64,000 bases of DNA from Clostridia bacterium (GTDB lineage: Bacteria > Bacillota > Clostridia > TANB77 > UBA1234), in the NCBI GenBank assembly GCA_017469565.1, contig JAFUGC010000003.1, positions 13,656 to 77,655 on the forward strand, read 5' to 3'. The position numbers and the translations under genes were made by a program. The notes beneath the pieces are model-generated. The model was not told the DNA's origin. It did no database searches and saw only the letters and a program-made list of their open reading frames with translations. Positions 8,436 to 18,224 of the stretch are shown piece after piece (the first letter of the stretch is position 1; each line of letters begins with the position of its first letter).

Positions 8436-9581
8436 GTGGTGAGTGATGTGCGTTATAGCGGAACCTTAATAGATGAAAATCAAAAAATATTAAGTTTAAT
8501 TAGCCATGAATACGTTAAGCTTGACTTTTCAAGCCTTTCATCACTTTCTGTCACAAATTGGAATGAACCTAGTTTCATGGATAATTACGTTTTAATTTAT
8601 AAAGCTAATCTTCCAGCAGATATTACTATTTATAATATTTTGCTAGAAAAATTATCATCAAAAATATTTTTATTCACATATATAAATTCCTCAGATACAT
8701 ATATTGCTAATGCAGACGCATTCATGATTAGAGCTTATGTTAATTACTTAATCACCAAAGAGCCAGTAGAATATTATATAAGAGCACAGTTTTTACCGAA
8801 TAAAGAGTATGCAAAAGAAATACTTAAGGTAAATAAATTTACGGATTGTGGTGTTAATGTTGAACATTTGGGGAAAAATAAGTTCCAAATTACTCCATTG
8901 AACATTACTTTTGAAAATATGGAAGGGGCAAAAAGTGTATATCATGATTTGCTTGATTTGAATGATTTTTGTAAAGATGTAAATATGGATAAAGGTATCA
9001 TTCTTGCAAATTATGAATCTGTTCAAAAACTTAGTAAAGATAAAAGAATGCTTGCTACACTTAGTAATATTAAAACTTATTTTGGCTGTCAATTCAACAT
9101 GAAAAATGGTAATATTATTTTTGATGGAACAGAGTATATGATAAATGATGAAGAATCTGCTACAGCATTTCAAGCAAAAGTGATTGATGCGTATCACTTT
9201 TTTAGAAATGTAATTAACACAAAAGATAAAAAGGATATTATCAGTGAAATCTATAATCAAAAGGTTTCCACTGAAATAAAGAAGGAATTCTTAGGAAATA
9301 TGGCTTCCTATATAAATGCTACCAAAAATCAGGAACTTGTTGATTGGATTGTTACAATCTCGAAAGAAAGCAAATATACATTGCCTATATCTTATGATAC
9401 ACAAGGGATATTCTATATAGATGGTGCTATCATCGTAACTCCTTTAGATGCAAAAGAATATTATATAGATTATATGGATAAGCAAAGAGAGAAGTTAGCA
9501 ATGATTATTTACAAGAATAATATTATTGGTAAAATCAAGAGAATTTGGGATAAATTCAGAGCAAGATTTGCAAGAGCATAA
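8436..9581 (+). CDS. hypothetical protein (orphan, very AT-rich)
   Basis: 381-aa ORF with a GTG start region after GGGTGGTGAG. No motif recognised. Confidence 0.5.
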   Translation: MVSDVRYSGTLIDENQKILSLISHEYVKLDFSSLSSLSVTNWNEPSFMDNYVLIYKANLPADITIYNILLEKLSSKIFLFTYINSSDTYIANADAFMIRAYVNYLITKEPVEYYIRAQFLPNKEYAKEILKVNKFTDCGVNVEHLGKNKFQITPLNITFENMEGAKSVYHDLLDLNDFCKDVNMDKGIILANYESVQKLSKDKRMLATLSNIKTYFGCQFNMKNGNIIFDGTEYMINDEESATAFQAKVIDAYHFFRNVINTKDKKDIISEIYNQKVSTEIKKEFLGNMASYINATKNQELVDWIVTISKESKYTLPISYDTQGIFYIDGAIIVTPLDAKEYYIDYMDKQREKLAMIIYKNNIIGKIKRIWDKFRARFARA

Positions 9582-9586
9582 ATTTT

Positions 9587-9663
9587 GCAAGAGGCGCAAG
9601 AAGAAGCGAACAACCGGGGACAACCTTTTTTGTCCCTGGTTGTTCGCTTCTTGCGCCTCTTGC
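9587..9663. terminator. very long hairpin (34-37 nt arms) between convergent genes; GGGAC-core repeat family
   Basis: GCAAGAGGCGCAAGAAGAAGCGAACAACCGGGGACAA - CCTTTT - TTGTCCCTGGTTGTTCGCTTCTTGCGCCTCTTGC, with one mismatch and one 3-nt bulge. Confidence 0.85.
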
Positions 9664-9665
9664 AT

Positions 9666-9950
9666 TTATTTATTCGCGATGATTACTTCGTTATCATTTG
9701 TTTCTTCAATCTCACTATTTGGGGATTTTTCGTCATTTGTTGAACTGTTTTCTTCTTGCTTTATGCTTCCGCTCGTGGTATATACTTTCCCACCAGTACT
9801 AGTATTCTTGGCAGTTTCAGTATTATTAGCGGCTTCAACAACAGAAAGATTATAATCTCTAAATATATAGTCCATAAAGTTGTTGCCAGCTACAACACCG
9901 GCAGAAAAAGAAAAAACAGTTATAAACAAAAGAATTATTTTCTTAGTCAT
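9666..9950 (-). CDS. small secreted or membrane-anchored hypothetical protein
   Basis: 94 aa with an N-terminal hydrophobic segment KKIILLFITVFSFSAGVVA. GGGGGAAAC RBS region. Confidence 0.5.
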   Translation of the reverse strand: MTKKIILLFITVFSFSAGVVAGNNFMDYIFRDYNLSVVEAANNTETAKNTSTGGKVYTTSGSIKQEENSSTNDEKSPNSEIEETNDNEVIIANK

Positions 9951-10190
9951 AAAAGTTTCCCCCTATAAAGTGATAGAAATAATCACATATTTAATTCGCA
10001 ATCATTATTATAGCACGGCTTATAAACTTATGTCAACAAAATAATATAGATATTTTATGAAAGTAGGAATCTTTAAGTAGGTATTTACACTTTTTCCTCC
10101 GTCCCTAATTTGTCCACCTTGCTATTTACATTTAAAAAATAATGTGCTATAATGACTCTTGTCTTAAGATAGAAAAAAGGTTATAATCAT

Positions 10191-10316
10191 ACCGTAAAGT
10201 GTGTTTATATGAATGGTGGTCAAGGAAAGACTATGAACCTTGTCAGGTCCGGAAGGAAGCAGCAATAAGTAGATCCTTTTTTGTGATACACCATTCATAT
10301 AAGCGTATTTTACGGT
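10191..10316 (+). ncRNA. ffs: signal recognition particle RNA (small/4.5S-type)
   Basis: Contains the conserved domain IV sequence GTCAGGTCCGGAAGGAAGCAGC. The long closing helix is ACCGTAAAGTGTGTTTATATGAATGGTG...CACCATTCATATAAGCGTATTTTACGGT, followed by a T-run. It sits in the canonical position upstream of dnaX. The 5' end is approximate. Confidence 0.75.
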
Positions 10317-10343
10317 ATTTTTTATTAAGGGTGGGGGAATGGT

Positions 10344-11762
10344 ATGTCTTATGTAGCTTTATATAGGCAGTTTAGGCCTAAGGTTTTTGAAGATGTTGTG
10401 GGGCAAGAACATATTACTAAAACTTTAAAAAATCAAATAAAAAGTGGCAGGGTGGCGCATGCTTATCTTTTTAGTGGAGGCAGAGGTAGTGGAAAAACTA
10501 GTACGGCTAAGATATTGTCAAGAGCAGTAAACTGCTTAAATCCAAAAGATGGTGAGCCTTGTAATGAATGTGAAATATGCAGACAAGCCTTAGAAGGAAC
10601 TTTAACAGATATCAGTGAAATTGATGCGGCATCGAATAATGGCGTTGATAATATTAGAGACATTCGAGAAGAAGTTGAATTTATTCCTACAAATGCTAGA
10701 TACAGGGTTTATATTATTGATGAGGTTCACATGCTTTCTACAGGTGCATTTAATGCTCTACTAAAAACATTAGAAGAACCACCTAAACATGTGATATTTA
10801 TTTTGGCTACCACGGAACCTCAAAAACTTCCTATCACCATACTTTCAAGATGTCAGAGGTTTGATTTTAAGAGGATTTCGGTAGAGAATATTATTAAAAG
10901 GTTAAATATCATTTGTAATGAATCGCATATCAAAATTGAAGAAGGTGCTCTTAAGATTATTGCAAAAATGTCTGACGGTGCAATGAGAGATGCCATTAGC
11001 ATATTAGAAAGATGTGTGGCAGATGGAGAAGATATCATCACAGAAGAAAAAGTAAGGGAACTTGTTGGAATTCCGGAATTAGAGTATTTATTAGAAATAT
11101 CAAAGAATCTGATGTTAAATGATGCTGCTCAGGTATTGGAAAGTGCAGAAAAAATCATTAATGAGGGAAAAGATTTAGAAATATTCACTTGGGAGCTTAT
11201 TAAGTTTATGAGAGATCTCATTATGCTTCAGATTTCAGATAATTTAGTACTTTATAAAGAGGATGAAAAAGTGAGAATGAGAGAACTGCTTAAGTTCACC
11301 GATAAGGAAAGATTGTTACGTTTGATTACGGATTTGTCATCCCTTCAGAGCAGCATGAAATGGGCATCGGACAGGGAAGTGATATTTGAAACAGGGCTGA
11401 TTAAGATTGCTTATGAGGGCAATCGTAATCAAATGCTTTCTCATGTAGGTATTTCTCAAAATGTGTCGGCCAAGGCAAATGGAAATGCCTCAGTTCCTCA
11501 GGAAAGTAATACATCAGATAATGAACTAAAAGAGAAAGTTCTATCAATATTAAAAGAAAATCGAAAAATGATTATGCACACAATTTTGACAGGGGCAGAA
11601 ATAAAAGTTGCGAGTGAAGACCTTGTGCACATTATTTTTGGAGCATCGATTGATGATGTTAACAAACAATATATGCAAAAAGAAGAGAGTAAAGCAGTAA
11701 TCAAAGAAACAGTAAAAAATGCTCTTCATAAGGAAATGAAAATTAAATATGTATTTGGATAA
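10344..11762 (+). CDS. dnaX: DNA polymerase III subunit gamma/tau
   Basis: AAA+ clamp-loader motifs GGRGSGKTS, zinc module CNECEIC, DEVHML, SRCQRF. Confidence 0.95.
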   Translation: MSYVALYRQFRPKVFEDVVGQEHITKTLKNQIKSGRVAHAYLFSGGRGSGKTSTAKILSRAVNCLNPKDGEPCNECEICRQALEGTLTDISEIDAASNNGVDNIRDIREEVEFIPTNARYRVYIIDEVHMLSTGAFNALLKTLEEPPKHVIFILATTEPQKLPITILSRCQRFDFKRISVENIIKRLNIICNESHIKIEEGALKIIAKMSDGAMRDAISILERCVADGEDIITEEKVRELVGIPELEYLLEISKNLMLNDAAQVLESAEKIINEGKDLEIFTWELIKFMRDLIMLQISDNLVLYKEDEKVRMRELLKFTDKERLLRLITDLSSLQSSMKWASDREVIFETGLIKIAYEGNRNQMLSHVGISQNVSAKANGNASVPQESNTSDNELKEKVLSILKENRKMIMHTILTGAEIKVASEDLVHIIFGASIDDVNKQYMQKEESKAVIKETVKNALHKEMKIKYVFG

Positions 11763-11885
11763 TCCAAGTAAAAAGTTTATGGTTAAGAAATTTTGAATTA
11801 ATTTGAATTAAATAGTTGTATCATGAATTTATATGTTATAATAAAGTGCATGTTGTAAATCAAAAATGAGAAAGGAAGATGAATC

Positions 11886-12236
11886 ATGGCAAAGTTTAAT
11901 GGATTCCCAGGAATGGGTGGAGGCGCCGGTAATATGGCAAACTTATTAAAACAAGCACAAAAAATGCAATCAGATATGATGAAAACGCATACAGAAATAG
12001 AGGAAAGAGAGTTTGAAGTTGCTACTGGCGGTGGCGCTGTGACAATCATCATGACTGGTAAAAAGACGATTAAATCAATCAAAATCAAACCAGAAGTTAT
12101 TGATAAAGATGATCCGGAAATGTTGGAAGATTTAGTGATGACAGCAGTGAATGAAGGCATAAAAAAAGCAGATGATATGATGGAAGAAGAAATGAAAAAA
12201 TATAATATTCCTAGTGGATTAAATGGACTATTGTAG
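11886..12236 (+). CDS. ybaB: YbaB/EbfC-family nucleoid-associated protein
   Basis: 116 aa with NMANLLKQAQKMQ... typical of the family, in the conserved dnaX-ybaB-recR order. Confidence 0.9.
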   Translation: MAKFNGFPGMGGGAGNMANLLKQAQKMQSDMMKTHTEIEEREFEVATGGGAVTIIMTGKKTIKSIKIKPEVIDKDDPEMLEDLVMTAVNEGIKKADDMMEEEMKKYNIPSGLNGLL

Positions 12237-12257
12237 TATTAGAGAGGTTTTTGAAGT

Positions 12258-12854
12258 ATGGGATTTAGTGCATCTATTGAAAAACTGATTGAGGAATTTG
12301 AAAAATTACCTAGTATAGGGCATAAAACTGCAGTTAGACTGGCGTTTTATATTCTAAATTCATCAGAAGCGGACTGTGAAGAGTTTGCAAATACAATTAT
12401 GAATACCAGAAAAAATTTAAAATACTGTTCTATTTGCAATAATATTACGGATTCAGATCCATGCCCAATATGCTCTAACACAAAGAGAAATAAAGAAGTT
12501 ATCTGTGTTGTAGAAGATGTTAGAGATATTGTTCAAATTGAAAGAACACATGAGTATAATGGCGTTTATCATGTGCTAAATGGTGTTATTTCGCCAATGA
12601 ATGGTATTGGACCAAATGATATCAAATTAAAAGAATTGATGACTAGAATTGGAAATGATGATGTGAAAGAAGTCATCTTGGCTACTAATCCAAATGTGGA
12701 AGGAGAAGCTACAGCCATGTATATTTCAAAACTAGTGAAACCTTTTAATATTAAGACAACCAGAATTGCGCACGGCATTCCTATTGGTGGTGATTTGGAA
12801 TATACAGATGAAGTAACTCTTGCGAAGGCTCTAGAAAATAGAACAGAGCTTTAA
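12258..12854 (+). CDS. recR: recombination protein RecR
   Basis: HhH region [15 protein letters not shown]4 zinc finger CSICNN..CPIC, and a Toprim region. Confidence 0.95.
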   Translation: MGFSASIEKLIEEFEKLPSIGHKTAVRLAFYILNSSEADCEEFANTIMNTRKNLKYCSICNNITDSDPCPICSNTKRNKEVICVVEDVRDIVQIERTHEYNGVYHVLNGVISPMNGIGPNDIKLKELMTRIGNDDVKEVILATNPNVEGEATAMYISKLVKPFNIKTTRIAHGIPIGGDLEYTDEVTLAKALENRTEL

Positions 12855-12903
12855 GAATACACAAATAACATGAATATCTTTACAAAGGAAGGTGTTGTTT
12901 TCA

Positions 12904-13537
12904 ATGAATATAAAAAAATTGAAAGTGATTTTTATTTTGCTATTGATATTGCTAATAGTGTTTATTGCGTTTGCAAGATTTAATGCGGCATCAAAAATAA
13001 AGGAACAATTATCTGATATTCCGAATGATGAGTTTGATGTTAGTACGGATGTTACCGCTGATGTAACAGTGGTCAATCAGCCACTAACGAGAAGAATCAT
13101 TAATGATTATACAAATCCTACTATTGAGGATAAGGCAACCGTATATGAAAGGTATGGCATGCGGTACATGTTATTTTGATTCTTATGGACTTTGGGTAGA
13201 TAAGAGTGAGTATGATGTATCAGAGAGTACGCTTTATACAAATGTATGGCCTACTGGTCTTAGTAGAATACGAAATGCTGTGGAGCCTGAGTTTGAAGAG
13301 ATTGACTTAATAGAGGTTGGGGAAACTGGTATAACAATATATATGTTAGATATTGGAAAGAAAGATGCTCAAAGCTATGTAAATTCAGTAAAGAAAGTTT
13401 ATACAAAATCAGTGAAGAACAATGCCTCAAATGTGTTATATACGGGACTTGATGAGGGAAAAAATAAAGTAACCGTGAAATATAATGCGGATACGAAAGA
13501 GCTTAGAATTATCTATAAATTCGAGAAGAAAATATAA
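12904..13537 (+). pseudogene. membrane-anchored hypothetical protein split by an apparent +1 frameshift (ORFs 12892..13179 and 13103..13537)
   Basis: The N-terminal ORF has a signal-anchor (IFILLLILLIVFIAF) and stops at 13179. The +1 frame continues from GGT 13163 to 13537. Skipping C13162 fuses them as ..VYERYGM-GTCYFDSYGLW.. No homology support is available. Confidence 0.45.
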
Positions 13538-13543
13538 TGGATA

Positions 13544-13610
13544 AAAAGGTTAACAGATTAGGGACGGAGGAAAAAGTGTAACCTCCGTCCCTAATCTGTC
13601 AACCTTTTTT
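13544..13610. terminator. 27-nt-stem bidirectional terminator; TAGGGACGGAGG repeat subfamily
   Basis: AAAAAGGTTAACAGATTAGGGACGGAGG - loop - CCTCCGTCCCTAATCTGTCAACCTTTTTT (1 mismatch). Confidence 0.85.
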
Positions 13611-13615
13611 CAACC

Positions 13616-14887
13616 TTAATCTGTTAATTTTTTTTCTTCTCTGTTTTGATTCATCCAATCTTTGCCGTCAATTATTCTAGCGGCCAGCATAGAAGATGCG
13701 GAATCTCCAACTACATTTAGAACAGTTGCTGGGGCATCGATGATGGTAGCGATAATTGTAAGGATAGGAAGTGCTGTTAATGGATAACCAAGCATTGTGA
13801 TAATCATTGTTTCAGAAATTGTTCCACCCCCGACTGGAACTGCTGTGATGAATAGTGTTGCTACTAGTGAAATTAGTAAAATTTGTGCAATTCCTCCTAA
13901 TGAGTATACGTTTGTTCCAAATAAACAAACTAGGAACATGGCTTTAAATACAGAACCAATGATAGACCCATCTTTGTGGAAACTTGTGCCAAGTGGAATT
14001 AAGGTTTCTGCAATATCATTTGATACGCCAATTTTATGTGCTGCTTGTAAGTTTGTAGGAATGGATGCTGCACTTGAACAAGTGGCAAGGGCAGTTACTG
14101 TTGCTGGGATAATGGCACCCCAGAATCTTTTTACTCCCGTTTTTCCTCCTGCAATTAGTGCATATAAAGAATAAACTGCAAAATAAGTTACTAAGCAAGC
14201 AATGACATAAAGAATAAATGTTTTTAAGTAGCCTACTGCAATGGTTGCACCAAATGTGCCAATGAGCGCTGCAAAATAGGCTCCTATTCCTATTGGGGCA
14301 TAGTACATGATAATATTCAGTAATGACATGATGACATTTGTTAGCGAATCTAATACATTCTTTACTGCTTCTGCTTTTTCTCCGGCTGCCCTCATGGCAC
14401 ATCCAAACAAAATGGAGAATACAATTAAAGCAACGATATTTTGACGTGAGAATAAACCAACAAAGTCATTGACTGTAAGTACCTGAACGGTTCTGTCTAA
14501 GATAGAAATGTCTTCATCATTTGATTCTTCGGTTTCTTCTTGAAGAGCAGTTCTGATTTCTGCACTATTTTCTGTGGAAACTAGTTTGAATGGATAAGAG
14601 AATACAAGACCAATTACCACTGAAACAAGCGATGTAATGATAAAAACAAGAATAACAGTGCCTAATATTTTTCCTACTCTTTTTGGCTCTTTTACTTTAG
14701 AAATGGAAGTGGAAATGGTTAAGAAAATTAGTGGAATAATAATGACAAACATTAAATTAATGAAAATATCCCCTAATGGACTTAACACTTTAGCTTGTTC
14801 TCCAAAGCATAATCCAATAATTGCACCTATGACTACAGCAAGCAATAGAATAACTGTCTGCTTGTAGTTTTTAAAAAAATTCTTCAT
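13616..14887 (-). CDS. dicarboxylate/amino acid:cation symporter (DAACS family)
   Basis: 423 aa, polytopic. Family-type segments are SSAASIPT and IIDAPATVLNVVGD. Confidence 0.85.
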   Translation of the reverse strand: MKNFFKNYKQTVILLLAVVIGAIIGLCFGEQAKVLSPLGDIFINLMFVIIIPLIFLTISTSISKVKEPKRVGKILGTVILVFIITSLVSVVIGLVFSYPFKLVSTENSAEIRTALQEETEESNDEDISILDRTVQVLTVNDFVGLFSRQNIVALIVFSILFGCAMRAAGEKAEAVKNVLDSLTNVIMSLLNIIMYYAPIGIGAYFAALIGTFGATIAVGYLKTFILYVIACLVTYFAVYSLYALIAGGKTGVKRFWGAIIPATVTALATCSSAASIPTNLQAAHKIGVSNDIAETLIPLGTSFHKDGSIIGSVFKAMFLVCLFGTNVYSLGGIAQILLISLVATLFITAVPVGGGTISETMIITMLGYPLTALPILTIIATIIDAPATVLNVVGDSASSMLAARIIDGKDWMNQNREEKKLTD

Positions 14888-15027
14888 AAGTTACCCCCTT
14901 CTTATTTGTATATGGATATTATATAAATATTGTGGAAAATTTGCAATATGCATGAAAGTTTTAAGTCATGGTGGGACGTCCCTATTGGTTGGTTTTTGAT
15001 TTTCATGAAAATGGATGTCCCTATTTG

Positions 15028-15056
15028 TTGAAAATGTGCTTGCTTCATGATATAAT
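15028..15056 (+). promoter_or_regulatory. sigma-A-type promoter
   Basis: TTGAAA - 17 nt - TATAAT. Confidence 0.6.
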
Positions 15057-15102
15057 CAAATCCTAATATGATTCACAAATATCCAATGAAGGAGGAAGGC
15101 AT

Positions 15103-15729
15103 ATGTCAGAAAATTATAAACTTCTTTGTCATAATAGTATTAAGATAACAGGCAGTAAGACAATTTATATTGATCCCTTTAGAGTAGATACCGAATATCA
15201 TGATGCAGATGTTGTTTTTTCCACACATTCTCATTATGACCATTTTTCGGAGGAAGACATTGAAAAGGTGATGAAGGATTCCACGGTGATAGTGACCCCG
15301 GATTCTTCCAGGGAACTTGCTTATGGATTAACCAAGGATAAGGAAAAGGTTTTCATTGTAGAACCGGATCAGGAGTATGAGGTAGAGGAAATTCATTTTT
15401 CTACCACATATGCGTATAACAAAGAAAAGATGTATCATCAAAAGAGTGAAGGCTGGGTAGGATATATTATTGAGTTAGATGGCGTAAAGTACTATATTGC
15501 CGGTGATACAGACAATTTAAAAGAACTAGGAAATGTTTCCTGCGATATTGCATTTTTGCCGGTTGGCGGAAAATATACGATGGATTATCGTGAGGCAGCT
15601 GAGCTTGCTAACAGAATAGAGGCAAAGGTTGTTGTGCCAACGCATTATGGATTAATTGTGGGAGAAAGAGCGGATGCAGAAAAATTTAAGGAGCTAGTGG
15701 TAGAGAAAGAGGTTAGGATTGAAATTTAG
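15103..15729 (+). CDS. MBL-fold metallo-hydrolase
   Basis: 208 aa with HSHYDH metal motif and GGAGGAAGG RBS. Confidence 0.75.
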   Translation: MSENYKLLCHNSIKITGSKTIYIDPFRVDTEYHDADVVFSTHSHYDHFSEEDIEKVMKDSTVIVTPDSSRELAYGLTKDKEKVFIVEPDQEYEVEEIHFSTTYAYNKEKMYHQKSEGWVGYIIELDGVKYYIAGDTDNLKELGNVSCDIAFLPVGGKYTMDYREAAELANRIEAKVVVPTHYGLIVGERADAEKFKELVVEKEVRIEI

Positions 15730-15765
15730 CATGGGAAAGACAAAAAGAAAGGCAGGAAGTAAGAG

Positions 15766-16515
15766 TTGCGCAATATAAAATTAACAATAGAATATGATGG
15801 AAAAAACTTTCCGGGGTGGCAGTCACAGCCAGGTAAGGTTAGTATTCAAACAGAAATAGAAAGAGCAATAGAGGAAGTGACAGGCGAAAAGGTGGAGCTG
15901 ATTGCATCGGGCAGAACGGATGCCGGGGTCCATGCATTGGGGCAAGTTGCAAACTTTCATACAAATACGAATATTGAAATCAATAAGATACCGTATGCCA
16001 TTAATTCCAAACTTTCAAAAAGCATTGTGGTAAAGAAAGCAGAAGAGGTAGAAGAAAGATTTCATGCAAGGTATAATTGTAAATTAAAAACATACAGATA
16101 TATTATCAATCATGCTCCCTTTCCATCGGCACTGAACCGATATAGAGAATATCACATGCCTTATGAATTAGATTTTGAGGCAATGCAAAGAGCTGCCCAA
16201 TATTTTGAGGGAGAGCATGATTTTAAAGCATTTAAAGCCTCGGGAGGAAATGCCAAAAAAACAACTGTTAGGACACTAACAAAATGCAGCGTGGAAAAAG
16301 ACGGAGATAGAATTATCATAGAACTGACGGGAAATGGTTTTTTGTATAATATGGTGAGGATTATAAGCGGTACTATTTTGGACGTAGGATTGGGAAAAAT
16401 TGAGGCGGACAAAATTCCAGAAATCATAGAAAGTGGTGTGAGAGAAAAGGCAGGAAAAACTTTGCCACCACATGGATTATACTTAGTGTCTGTGGATTAC
16501 CAAAATGAAAAATGA
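15766..16515 (+). CDS. truA: tRNA pseudouridine(38-40) synthase
   Basis: GRTDAGVHA catalytic Asp motif and NGFLYNMVR. TTG start. Confidence 0.9.
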   Translation: MRNIKLTIEYDGKNFPGWQSQPGKVSIQTEIERAIEEVTGEKVELIASGRTDAGVHALGQVANFHTNTNIEINKIPYAINSKLSKSIVVKKAEEVEERFHARYNCKLKTYRYIINHAPFPSALNRYREYHMPYELDFEAMQRAAQYFEGEHDFKAFKASGGNAKKTTVRTLTKCSVEKDGDRIIIELTGNGFLYNMVRIISGTILDVGLGKIEADKIPEIIESGVREKAGKTLPPHGLYLVSVDYQNEK

Positions 16516-16574
16516 GTGCACAAATTAGGGCGTTCATTTACTATGCACTGTGACGAAAAGGAGGGAAAGGAATC

Positions 16575-17393
16575 ATGAATCTTTCTAATGAAAATGTGAT
16601 TCATGTGATAGATGGCGAGGTAGAGTATATACAATTCAAAAGGTTATTAGACTTTCCTGAGGTGGTTCATGCATTCGGGTTAAAGCCTTTGGATTATAGG
16701 GCACATGGTGAAAATAATCAAAATGTTCCGGAAGCATATGCAAAGTTAGCAGGTAGCATTGGGGTAGAATGGAGTTCTATTGTTAGACCTGGGCAAAAGC
16801 ATACCAACCATGTACTTGTGATAGAGAGCAAAGAAAATCAAGAGGCTCCGGATATGTTTCTTGATTATTTAAAGGAAACAGACGGATTGATTACAGATAA
16901 GTCCAAGATAGCACTTGCTACCACCAATGCGGATTGTATCATTCTTTTATTTTATGATCCTATCAAAAAAGTGATTGCTAGCGTGCATTCAGGTTGGAGA
17001 GGAACGTTTCAAAAGATTGCACAGGTGACCGTAAGAAAGATGAAAGAACAGTTTGGATGCCAAGCACAAGATATGATTGTTTGCATTTGTCCTAGTATTC
17101 GAGTTTGCCATTTTGAAGTGGAGGATGATGTAAAAGACATGTGCGAGCAGATTTTTGCGGATACAGGAAGATTGGAAGAAATCATTCACCAAGGAGATAT
17201 CAAGGAAGGCAAGCAAAAGTATTTTATTGATACAATACTGATCACAAAGATACTGTTAGAAGCAGAAGGCGTATTTCCTGAAAACATTATTGATTCTGGT
17301 ATTTGCAGTGTTTGTGCATCGGAAAAAGTTCATTCTAGAAGGGCAGATGGAGCGGAGTATGGATTAGGAACGGGAATGATTTATTTAAAATGA
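16575..17393 (+). CDS. pgeF: peptidoglycan editing factor PgeF (YfiH / laccase-domain protein)
   Basis: QKHTNHV, ADCIILLFYDP and HSGWRGT motifs of the YfiH family. Confidence 0.85.
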   Translation: MNLSNENVIHVIDGEVEYIQFKRLLDFPEVVHAFGLKPLDYRAHGENNQNVPEAYAKLAGSIGVEWSSIVRPGQKHTNHVLVIESKENQEAPDMFLDYLKETDGLITDKSKIALATTNADCIILLFYDPIKKVIASVHSGWRGTFQKIAQVTVRKMKEQFGCQAQDMIVCICPSIRVCHFEVEDDVKDMCEQIFADTGRLEEIIHQGDIKEGKQKYFIDTILITKILLEAEGVFPENIIDSGICSVCASEKVHSRRADGAEYGLGTGMIYLK

Positions 17394-17404
17394 AAATGAG
17401 CAGA

Positions 17405-17450
17405 CAAACAGGGACAACCATGCAAAAAGGTGTCCCTGTTTTTGTTTTTT
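17405..17450. terminator. bidirectional terminator with a GGGACA/TGTCCC stem
   Basis: AAACAGGGACA ... TGTCCCTGTTT followed by TTTGTTTTTT. Confidence 0.8.
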
Positions 17451-18045
17451 AATAAGAAATCTTATTTACTTGATATTTCATATACTCATTTTTAGGCATA
17501 TAAGTAAGAGATATTTTTACCTCAGGCAAGACGTCAAGAACTTCTGTATCCTCCGTTTTGGAGGCGGAACATGTGATATGATATTGATTTCCATTTTCTT
17601 TGACGGAGCTTATCACATTAATTGAGTAGTATGATGGTGTGGCAGGACGGTAATAGTAATAGTCATTTTCACTATCATACAAATAATAAAAATCTTCCAC
17701 TTCAATTGGTGCCTCTATGATAAGTCCCGTGAATTCCTGAATTAGTGAATGTAAATCTTCTCTTGAAACATATTCGATGAATACTTCTTCATCACTGTAT
17801 GTGCTCATCATGCCAAGTTTTTCAGCAAGCTGCATAGATACATCTAAAAGTTTGGAATCTTCATAGTGACTTTGTGAAAATTCACCTAGATTAACCATAA
17901 TGTCTAATGATGCTGCTTCTTTTAAATCAGTAATTTTGTTTTCATCTGTAATTTTTTTGCCATTTTGTGATAGTAATAGTGCGACTGTTACAATCATTAC
18001 CAGCACAATGATGATAGCAATGGCTATTATCGACTGTTTTTTCAT
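17449..18045 (-). CDS. membrane-anchored hypothetical protein
   Basis: 198 aa with an N-terminal TM segment SIIAIAIIIVLVMIVTVALLL and AGGAGGAA RBS. Confidence 0.5.
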   Translation of the reverse strand: MKKQSIIAIAIIIVLVMIVTVALLLSQNGKKITDENKITDLKEAASLDIMVNLGEFSQSHYEDSKLLDVSMQLAEKLGMMSTYSDEEVFIEYVSREDLHSLIQEFTGLIIEAPIEVEDFYYLYDSENDYYYYRPATPSYYSINVISSVKENGNQYHITCSASKTEDTEVLDVLPEVKISLTYMPKNEYMKYQVNKISY

Positions 18046-18224
18046 AAAATTCCTCCTATGTATAAAGAAAGTATTTTTATTCTATCATATTTATGATAAA
18101 AGTGGTAGAAAAAGTTAAAAATTGTGAAAAATGATAATCTTTGAGAAAACAATTGCAATTTTATGTAAACGATGCTATAATAAAAAAGGTGAAATCCATT
18201 ATTTTTAGAAAGGGAGATTAGACA

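Noticed and set aside
9526-9855. 109-aa plus-strand ORF
   Set aside because: It reads through the 77-nt hairpin and then runs antisense to the 9666..9950 gene. It has no RBS.
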